Source of the DNA: Paraspadella gotoi
Taxonomy: Eukaryota; Animalia; Chaetognatha
Length of the DNA: 64,000 nt
Assembly: GCA_051294375.1 (NCBI GenBank)
Contig: CM119265.1
Span: 1,360,726-1,424,725, forward strand
Direction: 5' to 3'
The notes under the pieces were generated by a model. The model ran no database searches, was not told where the DNA came from, and saw only the letters and a program-made list of their open reading frames with translations. This document shows positions 12,145-26,567 of this stretch, one piece after another. Position 1 is the stretch's first letter; the number at the start of each line of letters is the position of its first letter. Position numbers and translations under genes: made by a program.

Positions 12145-13764
12145 NNNNNNNNNNNNNNNNNNNNNNNNNNNNNNNNNNNNNNNNNNNNNNNNNNNNNNNN
12201 NNNNNNNNNNNNNNNNNNNNNNNNNNNNNNNNNNNNNNNNNNNNNNNNNNNNNNNNNNNNNNNNNNNNNNNNNNNNNNNNNNNNNNNNNNNNNNNNNNNN
12301 NNNNNNNNNNNNNNNNNNNNNNNNNNNNNNNNNNNNNNNNNNNNNNNNNNNNNNNNNNNNNNNNNNNNNNNNNNNNNGAGAGAGAGAGAGAGAGAGAGCC
12401 TCTATTTCACAACTGCTCTCCCCAGATGCGAAGTAACTTGTCATTTTTTTCTCCTCCCTCGGGCTTTCTCTCCCTTTCCTCCTCTTCCTCCTCCTCCTCC
12501 TCCTCTTCCTCCTCCCCCTCCTCATTCCCCATTTTCCTTTTTAAAACACAACTCCAGTTTAAATCGCTTTATTGAGTTTAAATGTANNNNNNNNNNNNNN
12601 NNNNNNNNNNNNNNNNNNNNNNNNNNNNNNNNNNNNNNNNNNNNNNNNNNNNNNNNNNNNNNNNNNNNNNNNNNNNNNNNNNNNNNNNNNNNNNNNNNNN
12701 NNNNNNNNNNNNNNNNNNNNNNNNNNNNNNNNNNNNNNNNNNNNNNNNNNNNNNNNNNNNNNNNNNNNNNNNNNNNNNNNNNNNNNNNNNNNNNNNNNNN
12801 NNNNNNNNNNNNNNTTATCATCATCATCCTACGATAATTTTGGTAGTTTTTGCTAATTTTTGGTAATAAAGCGTCAAAATTTAAAAAAGTTGAGCTTACA
12901 TTTTTTGTTTAACCTTTTGAGCTTTATCAAACTCAATCAAAAATTAAAATATTACCATTTTTTAAAAAATATTATATAACAAAATAATAATTAAAATTAC
13001 CGAATTACTTATGGTTCGGAACATGTTTTCAAAAAAATATTTGAACAATATTTGATAGCGAAAATGGATTTCTTTAATGCTGTTCCCATTAGCCCAAGCT
13101 TAGAAATTACGGTAGTGAATAAGGGGATAGCGTTTAGCGTTAGAGGTTAGAGGTCAGAGGTCAGAGGTTAGAGGTTAAGGATAAGGATTAAGGGTTATGA
13201 TTCAGGATTAGATTAGGTTAAGGGATTGATTTATAGGTTTAAGATAAACGAACAAAATGGGGCACTCTCGGAGAAGAGAGCCAAACAAAACAATAATTAT
13301 TAATAAAAACTGAAAGGCGTCCGAGTTAAATGAGTGAAATTTGTTCTCGAACAAAAGATCAAGGGCTTAATTTTACTTTCAGTGGGATAAATTATCGTTT
13401 AACTAAAATTATATATTTAAATCTAAATGGCAAATATTTTCTCATATTTAATTAATTAACTAATTTCATTCATTGCATCTTTTTTGAAGGTAAACAATAA
13501 AATATCTTTAATCAATCAATAACTCTTTCAATCCATCAATCAATCACTCTNNNNNNNNNNCTTTTTTGAAGGTAAAAAATAAAATATCTTTAATCAATCA
13601 ATCACTATTTCAATTAATCAATTAATCAATCACTCTTTCAATCAATCAATCAATCACTCTTTAAATTAATCAATAAATCAATCAATCAATCAATCAATCA
13701 CTATTTAAAATAATCAATCAATCACTCTTTAAATTAATCAATAAATCATTTAATCAATCACTCT

Positions 13765-13798
<34 letters not shown>

Positions 13799-13807
13799 TC
13801 TTTCCAG

Positions 13808-14068
13808 ATCACGACCACAAATCCCAACATCTCCGCCAAAGAGAAGAGAAGGAGAGCGAGGAGCATCTCGCACCGAAGGATCGTCTTTACGGCGATCGCC
13901 GTCGTCTCCACGACGATCGCCGCGACCGTCAATACGACGATCGCCGCGACGATCGCCTCCACCGTCAATACGACGATCGCCTTGGTCGCCGTCTCCGTCA
14001 ATACGACGAATTCGGGCGACGACGTCACTTCGTGTTGCGTCATCGACGCGACGTCGACGGGATTTTCG
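13808..14068 (+). CDS. Arg/Asp-rich exon with RQYDDR repeats, ending FVLRHRRDVDGIF
   Basis: tttccAG acceptor, GTTTGT donor, 261 nt open phase 1-1. Confidence 0.8.
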
Positions 14069-14422
14069 GTTTGTATTTTATTTAATTTATTTAGTTTATT
14101 ATTTTATTTATTTATTATTTATTTATTATTTTATTTAATTTATTTATTATTTATTATTGTTATTTGCTATCAAAGAAGGAGGTTCACCACTTTTATTTTT
14201 AAATTTCAACAAAATCTAACCAAGTGTGAAAGTTGTAAACTTAGGAGATAGTGTTCTATTTTTGCTTCAAGCGAAAATCGAAGAGAGAAGAGAGAGATGG
14301 CGAGAACAGAGAGAGAGGGCACGAGAGAGAGAGAAGGAGAGGAGAAGAGAGAGATGAGAGGGGAGAGAGACGAGATGTGGAGAGGACCGAGAGAGAGAGA
14401 GACGAGGAGAGAGAGAGACTTA

Positions 14423-14540
14423 CTCAAGTGTATGCTCGTGATTAATCCACATTGTTGTGAAATGGTGATGATCGTGTTCGTGTTTGTGATGATGTATGAA
14501 TGATGGTGGATGGACTTGTGTGATGATTGATTTGGAGATT
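14423..14540 (-). CDS. His-rich exon seen only in inverted read copies (approx. SHHHHTSHHHHSLHHHKHEHDHHHHNVDYHEHHL); true position is the ~26.6-26.8 kb gap
   Basis: cAG/GTAAGT boundaries here and in the second copy at ~44614-44721; translation is a by-eye consensus of two noisy copies. Confidence 0.55.
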
Positions 14541-14585
14541 CTGTGAGAAAAAGATGGAGAGGAGAGAGAGAGAGGAGAGAGAGAG

Positions 14586-14621
<36 letters not shown>

Positions 14622-15244
14622 GGAGAAGAAATGATAGAAAATATTAAACACATGAAAAAAAAACGAAATATCATAATCGGGTCACCGTTGTCAACTTTGC
14701 TCTGAAGACGAAGCGGCTTCAAGACAAAGAATTGCAAATGAAACTTGATTTACTTTAAATTACTTCAGCTGTGAAACTTGACCATTTTTTAAAACTTAAA
14801 AAAGACTAAATAAGACTTTGCGTAGACTTTCTCTCTCAATGGGGGGGGTGTTGTAAAAATTCATCCCAATCAAAAAAAGGAAGGAATTATAAAAAAATAC
14901 TTTATGTAGTCAATTTGTTTCCCCCAATCCAAAAAAAAGTTATATTTATCGCCATAAAAACTCATTATTTTCAAGGAAAAAAATATTTCGGCCTAATTTT
15001 CTCCAATTTCATTAAAAATTCATAATAAAATTATGGTAAAGGTTAGAGAAAAGGTTAAGGAATAAAGGATTAGTTTAGTGATTAGGTTAGGGCATTAGCG
15101 TTAGGAACTTAGGTTTAGGTTAGGTTAGGTTAAAGATTAGGTTAAGGTAAAGATGCAGAGTTTAAAAAAAATTTTTTAAATGGGGGGTTTTGGGGGGATA
15201 AGGCTATTGGGTTTGGTTATATTTAAGTTTTAAAAATTAAGTTA

Positions 15245-16318
15245 AACAGTTTGAGCCAAACAATGTCGGATCTGCCTACGATAATTAATGAATTAATAGA
15301 TTAAATTAATTAATTAATTAATAGATTTAATTAATAATTAATTAATAGATTAATTTAATTAATTAATTAATTTTAATAATTAATTATAATTTATATTCAG
15401 CTTTTCCTCACGATGTCCCTTAAAATTGAGTTCGGACAGTTATTAAATGTTTTGTTTACATTTTATCAAAACAAACAAGATATTTCCTCTTATTTATGAT
15501 TTGTGATTCGGTTGTCGCTTTCGGTCGACGCTTTTGCAATCAGTCTTCTGAAGTGTGATATCAAAAAAGGGAGTTTGAAAATTTCATAGTATGGCTTCTA
15601 AGGGGATCAAGATCTTAAGAATTCTCATGTTTCATTTATCAATATTCGTATCTTGTTTATGTTTTATTTACAAAACAAAAACGTTTTAATGTATATGTCG
15701 CTCTTCTCTCTCTTTTCTTTTTAAATATATGTCGCTCTTCTCTCTCTCTTTTTCTCCTGTCACTGCTTCTTCTGATTTGTTCCTTAAAAACGAGTCCGGC
15801 TCTGCAGCGTCTGTCCAGCTTCTTTTCTCTCTCTCTCTCTTTTTTTTTTTTTTTTTTACAAAAATTTTTTTAGATATAATGTGGGCTCTATTAATTGTTA
15901 AAAAACCGATGCCGGCGGAACAGGGTGCGACCCGGGTTCCTTTGGGTAAAGAAAAAGCTCACATACGTCCAGCGCCATGGGTTACTGCTTGAATTCTTTA
16001 ACGAGCTAAAGGGGCTGTAGAGCTTCTCTCTTTCTCTCTCTTTTTAAATTATTATATTATTGCTGCTTTCTCCTCTCTTTTTCGCTGCAGCGGCCTGTCT
16101 CTCTTTTCTTTTTCTCTCTGTGTTGTGTCTGTCCCTCTGCTGTCCGAATCTCTGCGTTGATCGTTTTGTTTTTTTGAAAAATTTGATTATTTTTTTCCTT
16201 TTCTTAAAAACCTTTTTATATTACCATTTATTCCGCGCGCCGGCGCCCTTTTTTTCAATACAAAATCCCATATTTTCATCCGAGATTTCGTGGATTTATT
16301 CTCTATCTTTCTCTCTTC

Positions 16319-16351
<33 letters not shown>

Positions 16352-18010
16352 TCTCCTCTCTCTCTCTCTCTCTCTGGTTCACTTCATAACACGCATTTTT
16401 TTTTTATTGACTATCATCGCATCAATGAATGACAATCATCGCGATCAGTGAATATCACAGCAGTGAAGACTATCATCGCGATCAATAATGAATTATCATC
16501 CGAATCAATAATCATTCCTATTACATCAATAAATTACTATTACATCAATCAATGTTTATTACCTTAATCAATTTTACTTTACATCAATAATTCGTGCTAT
16601 CGATGATTCATTTCGTTTTTTTCCCGGGTTTTTTTATTCAATTTTCTTGTTATGGGCTCGGCTCGATCATGAGTCTTTTAAGATTTTTTTTATTTTAATG
16701 TCTCCTTCTCTCTCTCTCTCAACTCTCCTCTTCTCACTCTCTCTCTTTTCTCTCTCACCTCTCTCACTCTCTCTCTCTCACTCTTTCTTCTTTCTCTCTC
16801 TCTCTCTCTCTTTTTATGCAATAGCGACGATCCTTATGCTTTTAAGATTTATTTTAACTTGCATCATTTTTTTCACTTGCATCATTTTTTCAACTTGCAT
16901 TCCGTCAAAACTTTATAATCTAGCCTTCTCACTCACTTTTCCTTACTGGGAGCTCACAAATTTCATCTCAATCTATCATGGTTAAAAATAAATAAAAGAT
17001 TCAAGTAAAATGTGACTCATATTGTTTTCATTAAACTCATTTGTCACTGGTACGTTTTCCACTGAAACGTTTTTATCAAGCTTCGTCACACATTTTCCTA
17101 CCACACACCAAATTTCAACTCAATCTATCCATCCAATTGATGATTAATTAGGAGTATTTATTGGTTAACAATAAGTAAAAGATTTTAGTAATTCGACTAT
17201 GTTTTTGCCAGTTTAAACTAATTTTCCACTCACACGATTCCACGAAACTTTATATCCCAGCCTTTATCACACTCTTTCCTACTCACACACAAATTTAATT
17301 TCCAATCCCAACAGCGCCAATCACGAGTTATGGGGCTTTTTGCTTAAGATTAGACGGTATGGACGGATTGATTGACAATTAATTAATTATTGATTTAATT
17401 ATCTAGTAATGATTAATTAACTGATTAATTATTTGATTTATTAATACATCCTGCATATACATTTAATATATTTAGGAAAAGAAGCATAATCATTGGTAGA
17501 AAACAGGTTTTTTGTTTTTTTCCATAAACTCATTTCCACTTAAACTATTCCATCGAAACTTGATCCTGTTCAATCACACACTTTCTACCCAGCATACAAA
17601 GTTCCAGGTTCAATCAGCCATCCACTCTATGAGCAATTGGTGTTTCAAATTGTGGAATATTTTTTTTTGTTTTTTCCCATTTAAACTCATTTCCACTCGG
17701 ACGATTCCATCGAAACTTCCATATCCAGCTCAATGCACACACGTACTATCCTCCACACAAAATTTCCATTTTTTAAATCCATCCATCCAATCACGAGGTA
17801 ATTTGGTTGTTTTTGCTAAGGTGGGACGGACGGACGGGACGGACGGACGGACGGACGGAACGGACGGACATCATTTTTTTTGCATAATTATAATAATTCG
17901 ATGTTCTTGATATATATAAGTGTGTGCCGTGACAATATTGAGGGGGCGACCGACGGACCGAAAAAGTGAGGTTATAGAGTCGGGATCTGCTGATAAGCAG
18001 ATCCGACTAA
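15245..18010 (-). mobile_element. HINE long form (~2.8 kb) with captured DNA; true location is the 10-N gap at 25941-25950
   Basis: Same termini as 29180-30050; the gap flanks (tttttagtcgg / aacttgttt) are the element ends; partial copy at ~45410-47710. Confidence 0.7.
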
Positions 18011-21000
18011 AAAACTTAGAGAATAGAAAATAGAGCGTTTTTATAAATGAAAGACTAAGAATCATTTTTTTTAAATTCCCATTAATTTAAAATTGCGAAT
18101 TGAGGACTTTGAGAATTTAAAAAAAGTAGAATATGTATAGGCTCTCTTTCCCAGAAACGCCCTATTTTCTGTTCCTTTATCTTATAATTTATTTTTACGC
18201 TAAATATCTAGATTAAAGACATATTTTTTAAACTTATACCCAACCCCTAATCCTGAACCCAAACCTTTATTTAACCTTAATCTCTAAGCAAAAAACAAAA
18301 CTATCTTAATCCACTGCACCTAATCCCAAACTTAATCCTTAACCCAAACCTGCCTAAACTAATCTTTAATTCAAAAATTATTATATTACTAATCCGAATT
18401 AAGATGAAATAAGGGGTTCTGAGAAAAGAGAAGCCCATAAAAATAAGATAGATAAGAAGAAGGCTCAGACATGAACAAATAGAAAGCAGATAGACAGACA
18501 GACTTTTATCATATTTCGTCTGTCTCCGAGTGCGATCAATCTGCCCCCATGTTAGAATCATTAAGTCCGCCGGCCGCCGAGACGTCATAACCGTTAACTT
18601 TACATGTTGACATTTATCATTTCCATAAATGACTTTGCAATGGAAGGTTAAAATTGATATGATATTTAATAACCTCTTTCTGTCTCTCTCTCTTTCTTTC
18701 TTTCTCTCTCTTTCTCTCTCTGCTCTCTCTTTCTCTTCTCTTTTTTCTCTCTTCTCTCTCTTCTCTCCCTTTACTCACTCTTCCTCTGTTTACCTCTCTT
18801 CTCTCTTTATCTCTCTTTGCTCTCCCATTTACTTTCTCTCTCTCTACTCTCTCTCTGCTCTCTCTTCTTTTCTCTCTCTCTCTCTCTATCTCTCTGAATC
18901 TCTTCCTCCCTTTCTCTTCCTCCCCCTCTACCTCCCCGCTCTCTCACGTCCTTGTGATGATGATTGCATGATTGTGAGTGTGATAGTGACTCGGAGTGGT
19001 GAACTTGTGATGATTGCTGGAGTGAGGTTGTGAGCGGACGGAGTGTGAGTGGTGATGTTCTTCCCTGCGTGATGTTCGCTGTGGTTGAGTGGGCGTGTCC
19101 TCGTGATCCGTAGCTGATATGTGAACCGTCGTCCCTGCGTCTTTCTTCTCTTTCTTGCTTGTGATTGACTGTGAACGTTTGGGTCTTTCGTCGTTGTTGT
19201 TGATTGTTGTTGCCGGTTGAGTCTGTAAGAGGATTTAATTTTTATTTGTAATATTCATTCGTCTTTAGTCAGAAAAAAACGTTTTTTTTCCCTCTGAATG
19301 TCAAATTTCGCCCCACGTTTTTTCGAATGCGCCCTATGTTTCAACTGAAATTCATAGTTAAAGTTTATTTTTCGATTGAGATTTTAGGTTTGAGTTTGGA
19401 GATAAGAATTAGGAAAGGAATTTGGTTTAGAGTAATGTTTGAGTTGATATTTAGGTTTACTGATTAAGGTTAAACATTTAATAAATAAGGTTTAGGAGTA
19501 TAGGGTTTAAATTAATAAATAAAGGGTTATAAATTTAGGATTTAAATTAATTAAATAAGTGGGTTAGGGAGTTAGGGTTTTCAATTAAATAATTAGGGTT
19601 TAGGGAATAAGGTTTAAATTAGATAAATAATGGTTAGTGGATTAAGGTTTTAATTTAATAAATAAGGTTAGGATTATAGAAAAAATTATAAATAATGGTT
19701 AAGGATTAGGGCGTTTAAATTATAAAAACGATTAGATAAGGGTTTGAATTAATAAGATAAGGGTTAGCATTTAGAGGGATTATGGTGACTATAAAAATAT
19801 AATTTTGTATAGAAAAGAAATTAGAGCACAGATATTAGAATTAAAATTAATATTTTAAAGAATATAAATAAAAATGGGGCACTCACGAAATAGTACCCAA
19901 ATTTATTTACCTTACATACCAATACATAATAATCAAGATAATGGTCGACAAAAAAAAAAAACTTAGAAAATGGATGAAAATCTTTCTTCTTATTAAAAGA
20001 CGCGAGAAAATTAATATTTAATTTTGTGTGATAGGCGAACAACTTTAATTATTTTTTTGCTTAATTTCTGAAAGTAGAATATTGTAGTTTAGAAGATGTT
20101 TGGCTGAATGTTTTTCTAGGGATGAAAAGAGTCTATTATTTTGTGAAGAAGCTCTTCGAAAGCTGTAATAACATAAAGAAAATAAAGTGATGTTTCATTC
20201 ACAGTAAAATTACCCTTAATGTTGAAATAGGATTGTCTGCATTAGATTGTGTTGACAGCCGTAAGAAACAATTGAACCTTAATTTACACGAATATATAAT
20301 AAAATTGTCCTGAAAACTAACACCCTCGTGGAAGAGGAAGAGTTAGTATTACTTAACTGTACGTAGGAGAGTGTAGATAAGAAACTTGGAAAGAAATCGA
20401 GAGGAAAGAAGAGAAAGAAGAAACCAAAAAGCGATTAGAGAACTAAATCATGTTAATAACAATACTACTCTAGTTTAAAAAAGAATATTTACTCAAATAT
20501 AACATATAAATAAAGTAAAAAGTAATGGTCGGTGAATAACTTCACGTTGTTCACGTCATGGTTTGACGAGTCTAAGGTGGTGCGATACTAATTAGAAAAC
20601 ACTAATAAAAGTCTAATCTATGAAGTATTACTTGCTGTTAGGAGGATATTGTAAAATGAGCTGTGGGCTATATATCACTATATGACAAAAAAAAAGAAGA
20701 AAATGTCTACACTGTAAAAGAAATTTCTTTATTCACTAGGAAAGACGATTGCCCGGAAAAGTTTAAATATAATTTTAAACGCGGAGCGACAAAATTTTGC
20801 AGTGAAATAGTTCATTTTGAACGGGATAAACGTTGCAACAACTTTTTCCGTCATAAATACATGATGCTATTTTAATCCCGGAGATTGGCGTAGGATATTT
20901 CAAAAAGTGAAAGCAATTACAATGGCTGGGTAAGAAACGAATACATTGTTAGGTTTTAAGAAACGCAAGGAGAGTTCAGCAATCTGCCAAGATGCGGAGT

Positions 21001-21633
21001 GCGCCAATAGTTACAGAGAGAGATTCGTGTAGACTTAAGATGATCGTGGCCTATTTACATTTCAATTAAAGAGAATGTTTTTGAGAAGTTTTTTGAGTCT
21101 GTTGTAAGGACTCGAAAACTGTTGTGTTGTGTGGTTTGGTTGTGCTTTTTGTTATGTGTTTGGATAAAATTATTACTTATATTTTTGAATAAATTGATGA
21201 TTTCTCAATTTAATTAACGTGATTTCCTCTGCCATGTTCAATTGTTCTAAACATTTAAGCTCTTAGTGTTAATGTTCAAAATTAGTAGGCGTCACTAATC
21301 GTAAGCAGAAAAAAAAAGGTTGGGCGATGTCGAAGATAAATTTTCCGTAAAAACTCTAAACTTTTTTGAAGAAGTACTTTTGTTTCTCTGGTGCATAAAC
21401 CTGAGATGGTACAAACATTTGAGTAAAGAAAGAAAGTATTCGCCGTTTAAGCTGAGGTCCGGGCATGGCGATTGTTGTGGTCTGGCTTAAATAGATTTTT
21501 ATCTTTGCCGTCGGTGTGTTCGTTGGAGCCAATAAAGATATTTGGTTGGTGACTGACTTTCAGAAAGCCGTAGCCTGCGTGCTCTGCTCTCTCTCTGCGG
21601 GTCTGCTGCTCTGCTCTCTTCTCTTTCTCTCGG

Positions 21634-21667
<34 letters not shown>

Positions 21668-22631
21668 AATCGCTCAAGTCGCTCGTTCTCGCCAATTTAG
21701 TGTTCAGACCTTTCCCCTCCCTCTCTCTCTCCTCTCTCTCTGCTATCTGGGTCTCTCTCTGCTCGTCTCTCTCTCTCGTCTCGCTTTGTCTCTCTCTCTC
21801 TCGGTCGAGCTCGTGCTCGACGGTCTCTCGCCGCCTCTACCCGTCCCTGCTGCGTGCTCGTGCGTCGTGCATGCCGTGGGCTCGCCTCTCGTACTTCGCC
21901 CTCTCCGTTGCGCATCTAAGTCGAGTCAGCCACTCCTCCCNNNNNNNNNNNNNNNNNNNNNNNNNGAGAGAGAGAGAGAGAGAGAGAGAGAGGTAAGTTT
22001 TGAAAGTCAGTCAACAACAAATATTTATGGCTCCAACGAAAAACGAGGAAAGATAAAATCTAATTTAAGCAGAAAAAAATGAGAAGTTTTTTGAGTCTGT
22101 TGTAAGGACTCGAAAACTGTTGTGTTGTGTGGTTTGGTTGTGCTTTTTGTTATGTGTTTGGATAAAATTATTACTTATATTTTTGAATAAATTGATGATT
22201 TCTCAATTTAATTAACGTGATTTCCTCTGCCATGTTCAATTGTTCTAAACATTTAAGCTCTTAGTGTTAATGTTCAAAATTAGTAGGCGTCACTAATCGT
22301 AAGCAGAAAAAAAAAGGTTGGGCGATGTCGAAGATAAATTTTCCGTAAAAACTCTAAACTTTTTTGAAGAAGTACTTTTGTTTCTCTGGTGCATAAACCT
22401 GAGATGGTACAAACATTTGAGTAAAGAAAGAAAGTATTCGCCGTTTAAGCTGAGGTCCGGGCATGGCGATTGTTGTGGTCTGGCTTAAATAGATTTTTAT
22501 CTTTGCCGTCGGTGTGTTCGTTGGAGCCAATAAAGATATTTGGTTGGTGACTGACTTTCAGAAAGCCGTAGCCTGCGTGCTCTGCTCTCTCTCTGCGGGT
22601 CTGCTGCTCTGCTCTCTTCTCTTTCTCTCGG

Positions 22632-22665
<34 letters not shown>

Positions 22666-24684
22666 AATCGCTCAAGTCGCTCGTTCTCGCCAATTTAGTG
22701 TTCAGACCTTTCCCCTCCCTCTCTCTCTCCTCTCTCTCTGCTATCTGGGTCTCTCTCTGCTCGTCTCTCTCTCTCGTCTCGCTTTGTCTCTCTCTCTCTC
22801 GGTCGAGCTCGTGCTCGACGGTCTCTCGCCGCCTCTACCCGTCCCTGCTGCGTGCTCGTGCGTCGTGCATGCCGTGGGCTCGCCTCTCGTACTTCGCCCT
22901 CTCCGTTGCGCATCTAAGTCGAGTCAGCCACTCCTCCCTCCCGTCGGACGTCGCGTCGGATGACGCAACCACGAGAGTGAGGCGTCGTCGCCCGAATTCG
23001 TCGTATGACGGAGACGGCGACCAAGGCGAGTCGTGCGTATGACGGTGGAGCGATCGTTCGCGGCGATCCGTCGTATTGAATGCTCTCTGCTGGTTTNNNN
23101 NNNNNNNNNNNNNNNNNNNNNAAAATTCTCAAAACATTTCTTTAATTGAAAATGTAAATAGGAGGATCATATAAGTTACAGAATTTCTCTGTAACTATTG
23201 CATGCATCTTGCAGATTGTGTAACTTTGGTTTTTAAAACCTAAAATGTATTGTTTCTTACCAGATTGGTAATTACTTCAACTTTTTGAAATATCTAAGCC
23301 AATACCGGATTAAAAGCATCATGTATTTATGACGGAAAAAGTTGTGCAACTTTATACGCCGTTCAAAATGAACTATTTCACTGCAAAAATTTTGTCGCTC
23401 CGCGTTTAAAATTATATTTAAACTTTTCGGAATCGTCTCCTAGTGAATAAACAAAATTTCTTTACAGTGTAGACATTTCTTCTTTTTTTTTTGTCATATA
23501 GTGATATATAGACAGTATTTTACAATATCTCTAAAAGAAGTAATATTATAGATTAGACTTTTATTAGTGTTTTCTAATTAGTATGAATTAGACTCGTAAA
23601 CCATGACGTGAACAAAGTGAAGTTAATTACGACATTATTTTATTTATTTATATGTATATTTGAGTAATATTTTTTTAAAACTAGAGTAGTATTTGTTATT
23701 AACATGATTTAGTCTAATCGCTTATTTGGTTTCTTTTTTCTTTTTTTTTCCTTTTTAAGTTTCTTATTAAACTCTCTTAGTAAGTTAGTATACTAATCTT
23801 TCTTTAGAGGGTTAGTTTTCAGGACAATTTATTATATATTCGTGTAAATTAAGTTCAATTGCTCTTAGGCTTGTCAAAAAATCTATGAGACATCCTATTT
23901 CAACATTAGGTAATTTTATTATGAAACATCACTTATTTTCTTTATGTTATTACAGCTTTCAGAGCTTCTCACAAAAAATAGATCTTTTCATTAGAAAACA
24001 TCAGCCAAACAAAATCTTCTAAAACTAAATATTCTACTTTCACGAAATTAGCAAAAAAATAATTAAATATTTTCGTCGCGTCCTTTTATAAGAAGAAGAT
24101 TTCATCATTTTTAGTTTTTTTTTTTTGTCGACATTTCTTGGATTTTATGTATTGGTATGTAAGGTAAATAAATTTGGGTACTATTTTCCGTGAGTGCCCC
24201 ATTTTTATTTATATTCTTTAAATTTAATTTTAATTCTAATATCTTGCTCTAGTTTTTTTATTAAAATTTATTTTTATCCATAATCCTTAATCCCTAACCT
24301 TATTTATTAATTCAAACCCTTATCTTAATTGTATTTATTAATTTAAACCCCTAATCCTTAACCATTATTTATTAATTTAAACCCTAATCCCTAACCCTTA
24401 TTTATTAATTTAAATCCTAATTTATAACCTTTATTTATTAATTTAAACCCTAATCCCTAAACCTTATTTATTAATGTTTAACCTTAATCTGTAAACCTAA
24501 TATCAACCAAAACTCTAACCAAATTCCTTCCCTAATCCTTATCTCCAACTCCAAACCTTAATATCAAACCGAAAAATAAACTTAATTATGAATTTAAGTT
24601 GAAATAGGGCGCATTCGAAGGGAAAAAACGTTTTTTCTTACTAAAACGATGAATATTACAAATAAAAATTAAATCCTGTTACAG

Positions 24685-24973
24685 ACTCAACCCGGCAACA
24701 ACAACAAGAACAACGACGACAACAACAACGTCAACAACAACAACAACGACGAAGACCCAAACGTTCACATCATCACAAGAAGAAGAGAAGAAAGACGCAG
24801 GGACGACGTCACATCAGCTACGATCACGAGGACACGCCCACTCACCACAGCGAACATCACGAGGGAAAACATCACCACTCACACTCGTCCGCTCACACTC
24901 ACTCCAGCAATCATCACAAGTCTCACCACGTCGAGGTCATATCACCTCACCACATCGATCATCTCATCACAAG
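24685..24973 (+). CDS. Gln/Arg then His-rich exon (DSTRQQQQ...RRRPKRSHHHKK...HHSEHHEGKHHHSHSSAHTHSSNHHKSHH)
   Basis: ttacAG acceptor, open phase-1 frame; 3' end noisy; inverted copy at ~18950-19225. Confidence 0.7.
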
Positions 24974-26529
24974 GTTTGAGAGAGGGGACGAAGCTAACAT
25001 GGAGTGAAGGGGAGGGGAAAAGGGGGATGAGATTAGAGGTAACTGGAGAGAGAGAGAGGGAAATGGAGGCGAGAGAGAAGAGGTAATAGACGGAGAGAAG
25101 GGTAAATGGAGAGACGCAAAGAGAGAAAGTAAACACAGAGAGAGTTGAGATAGGAGAGTAAGGAGAGAGAAAGAGAGCAAAGAAAGCAGGAAAGAGAAGA
25201 AGCAAAGGAGAAAGATCCTGCTGAGAGCCCAGCAGCACGAGGAATAGAGAGAGAAAGAAAGAAAGAGAGAGAGAGAGAAAGAGGTTATTTAATATAATAT
25301 CAATTTTACCTTCCATTGCAAAGTCATTTATGGAAATGATAAATGTCAACTGTAAAGTTAACGGTTATGACGTCTCGGCGGCCGGCGGCCTTAATGATTC
25401 TAACTTGGAGGCAGATTGATCGCAGCTCGGAGACAGACGAAATATGATAAAAGTCTGTCTGTCTATCTCTTTCTATTTGTATGTCTGTGCCTTTCTCCTT
25501 ATCTAATCTTATTTTTATGGGCTCTCTTTTCTCAGAACCCCTTATTTCATCTTAAATTCGGATTTAGTAATATGAATAATTTTTTGAATTAAAGATTAGT
25601 TAGCTGGTTTGGGTTAAGGATTAAGTTTGGGATTAGGTGAGTGATTAAGATAGGTTTTGTTTTTGCTTAGAGATTAGGGTTAAAAATAAAGGTTTGGGTT
25701 CAGGATTAGGGGTTGGGTTATAAGTTTAAAAATATGTTTAATCTAGATATTTAGCTAAAAAATAAATTATAAGATAAAGGAACAGAAATAGGGCGTTCTG
25801 GGAAAAGAGAGCCTATAATATTACTTTTTTTAAATTCTCAAGTCTCAATTCGCAATTTTAATTATGGAATTTAAAAAAAAATGATTCTTAGTCTTTCATT
25901 TATAAAAACGCTCTATTTCTATTCTTAAGTTTTTAGTCGGNNNNNNNNNNAACTTGTTTAACTTAATTTTAACCTTAATATATAACCAAACCCAAAGCCT
26001 TATCCCAAACCATAATTTTTAACTCTCATCTTTAACCTTAACCTAATCTTTAACCCTAACCCTAACCCTAAACCTAAGTTCCTAACGCTAATCCCTAACC
26101 CTAATCACTAAACTAATCTTTATTCCTTAACCTTTTCTCTAACCTTTACCCTAATTTTATTATGAATTTTTAATGAAATTGGAGAAAATTAGGCCGAAAT
26201 ATTTTTTCTTGAAAATAATGAGTTTTATGCGATAAATATAATTTTTTTGGATTGGGGGAAAACAAAATTGACTACATAAGTATTTTTTATAATTCCTTCC
26301 TTTTTTTGATTGGATGAATTTTACAACAATTGAGAGAGAAAGTCTACGCAAGTCTTATTTAGCTTTTTTAAGTTTTAAAAAATGGTCACAGTTTCACAGC
26401 TGAGTAAATTAAGTAAATCAAGTTTCATTTGCAATTCTGTCTTGAAGCCGCTTCGTCTTCAGAGCAAAGTTGACAACGTGAAACGATTATGATATTTCGT
26501 TTTTTTCATGTGTTTAATATTTATCTATC

Positions 26530-26567
<38 letters not shown>

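Larger units (their letters stand above)
14100..23096 (-). other. Noisy inverted copy running from ~27050 back to the exon at 13808-14068
   Basis: 14160-14270 is the reverse complement of 26828-26935; 22940-23080 is the reverse complement of 13930-14060; 21083-21940 is identical to 22081-22938. Confidence 0.85.

Noticed and set aside
21083-22938. Tandem gene duplication (identical ORFs at 21516 and 22514)
   Set aside because: Identical noisy sequence either side of a 25-N spacer indicates an assembly duplication; the ORFs are microsatellite-derived
24280-24600. Telomere or chromosome end
   Set aside because: Degenerate, short and intronic; associated with MITE-like repeats
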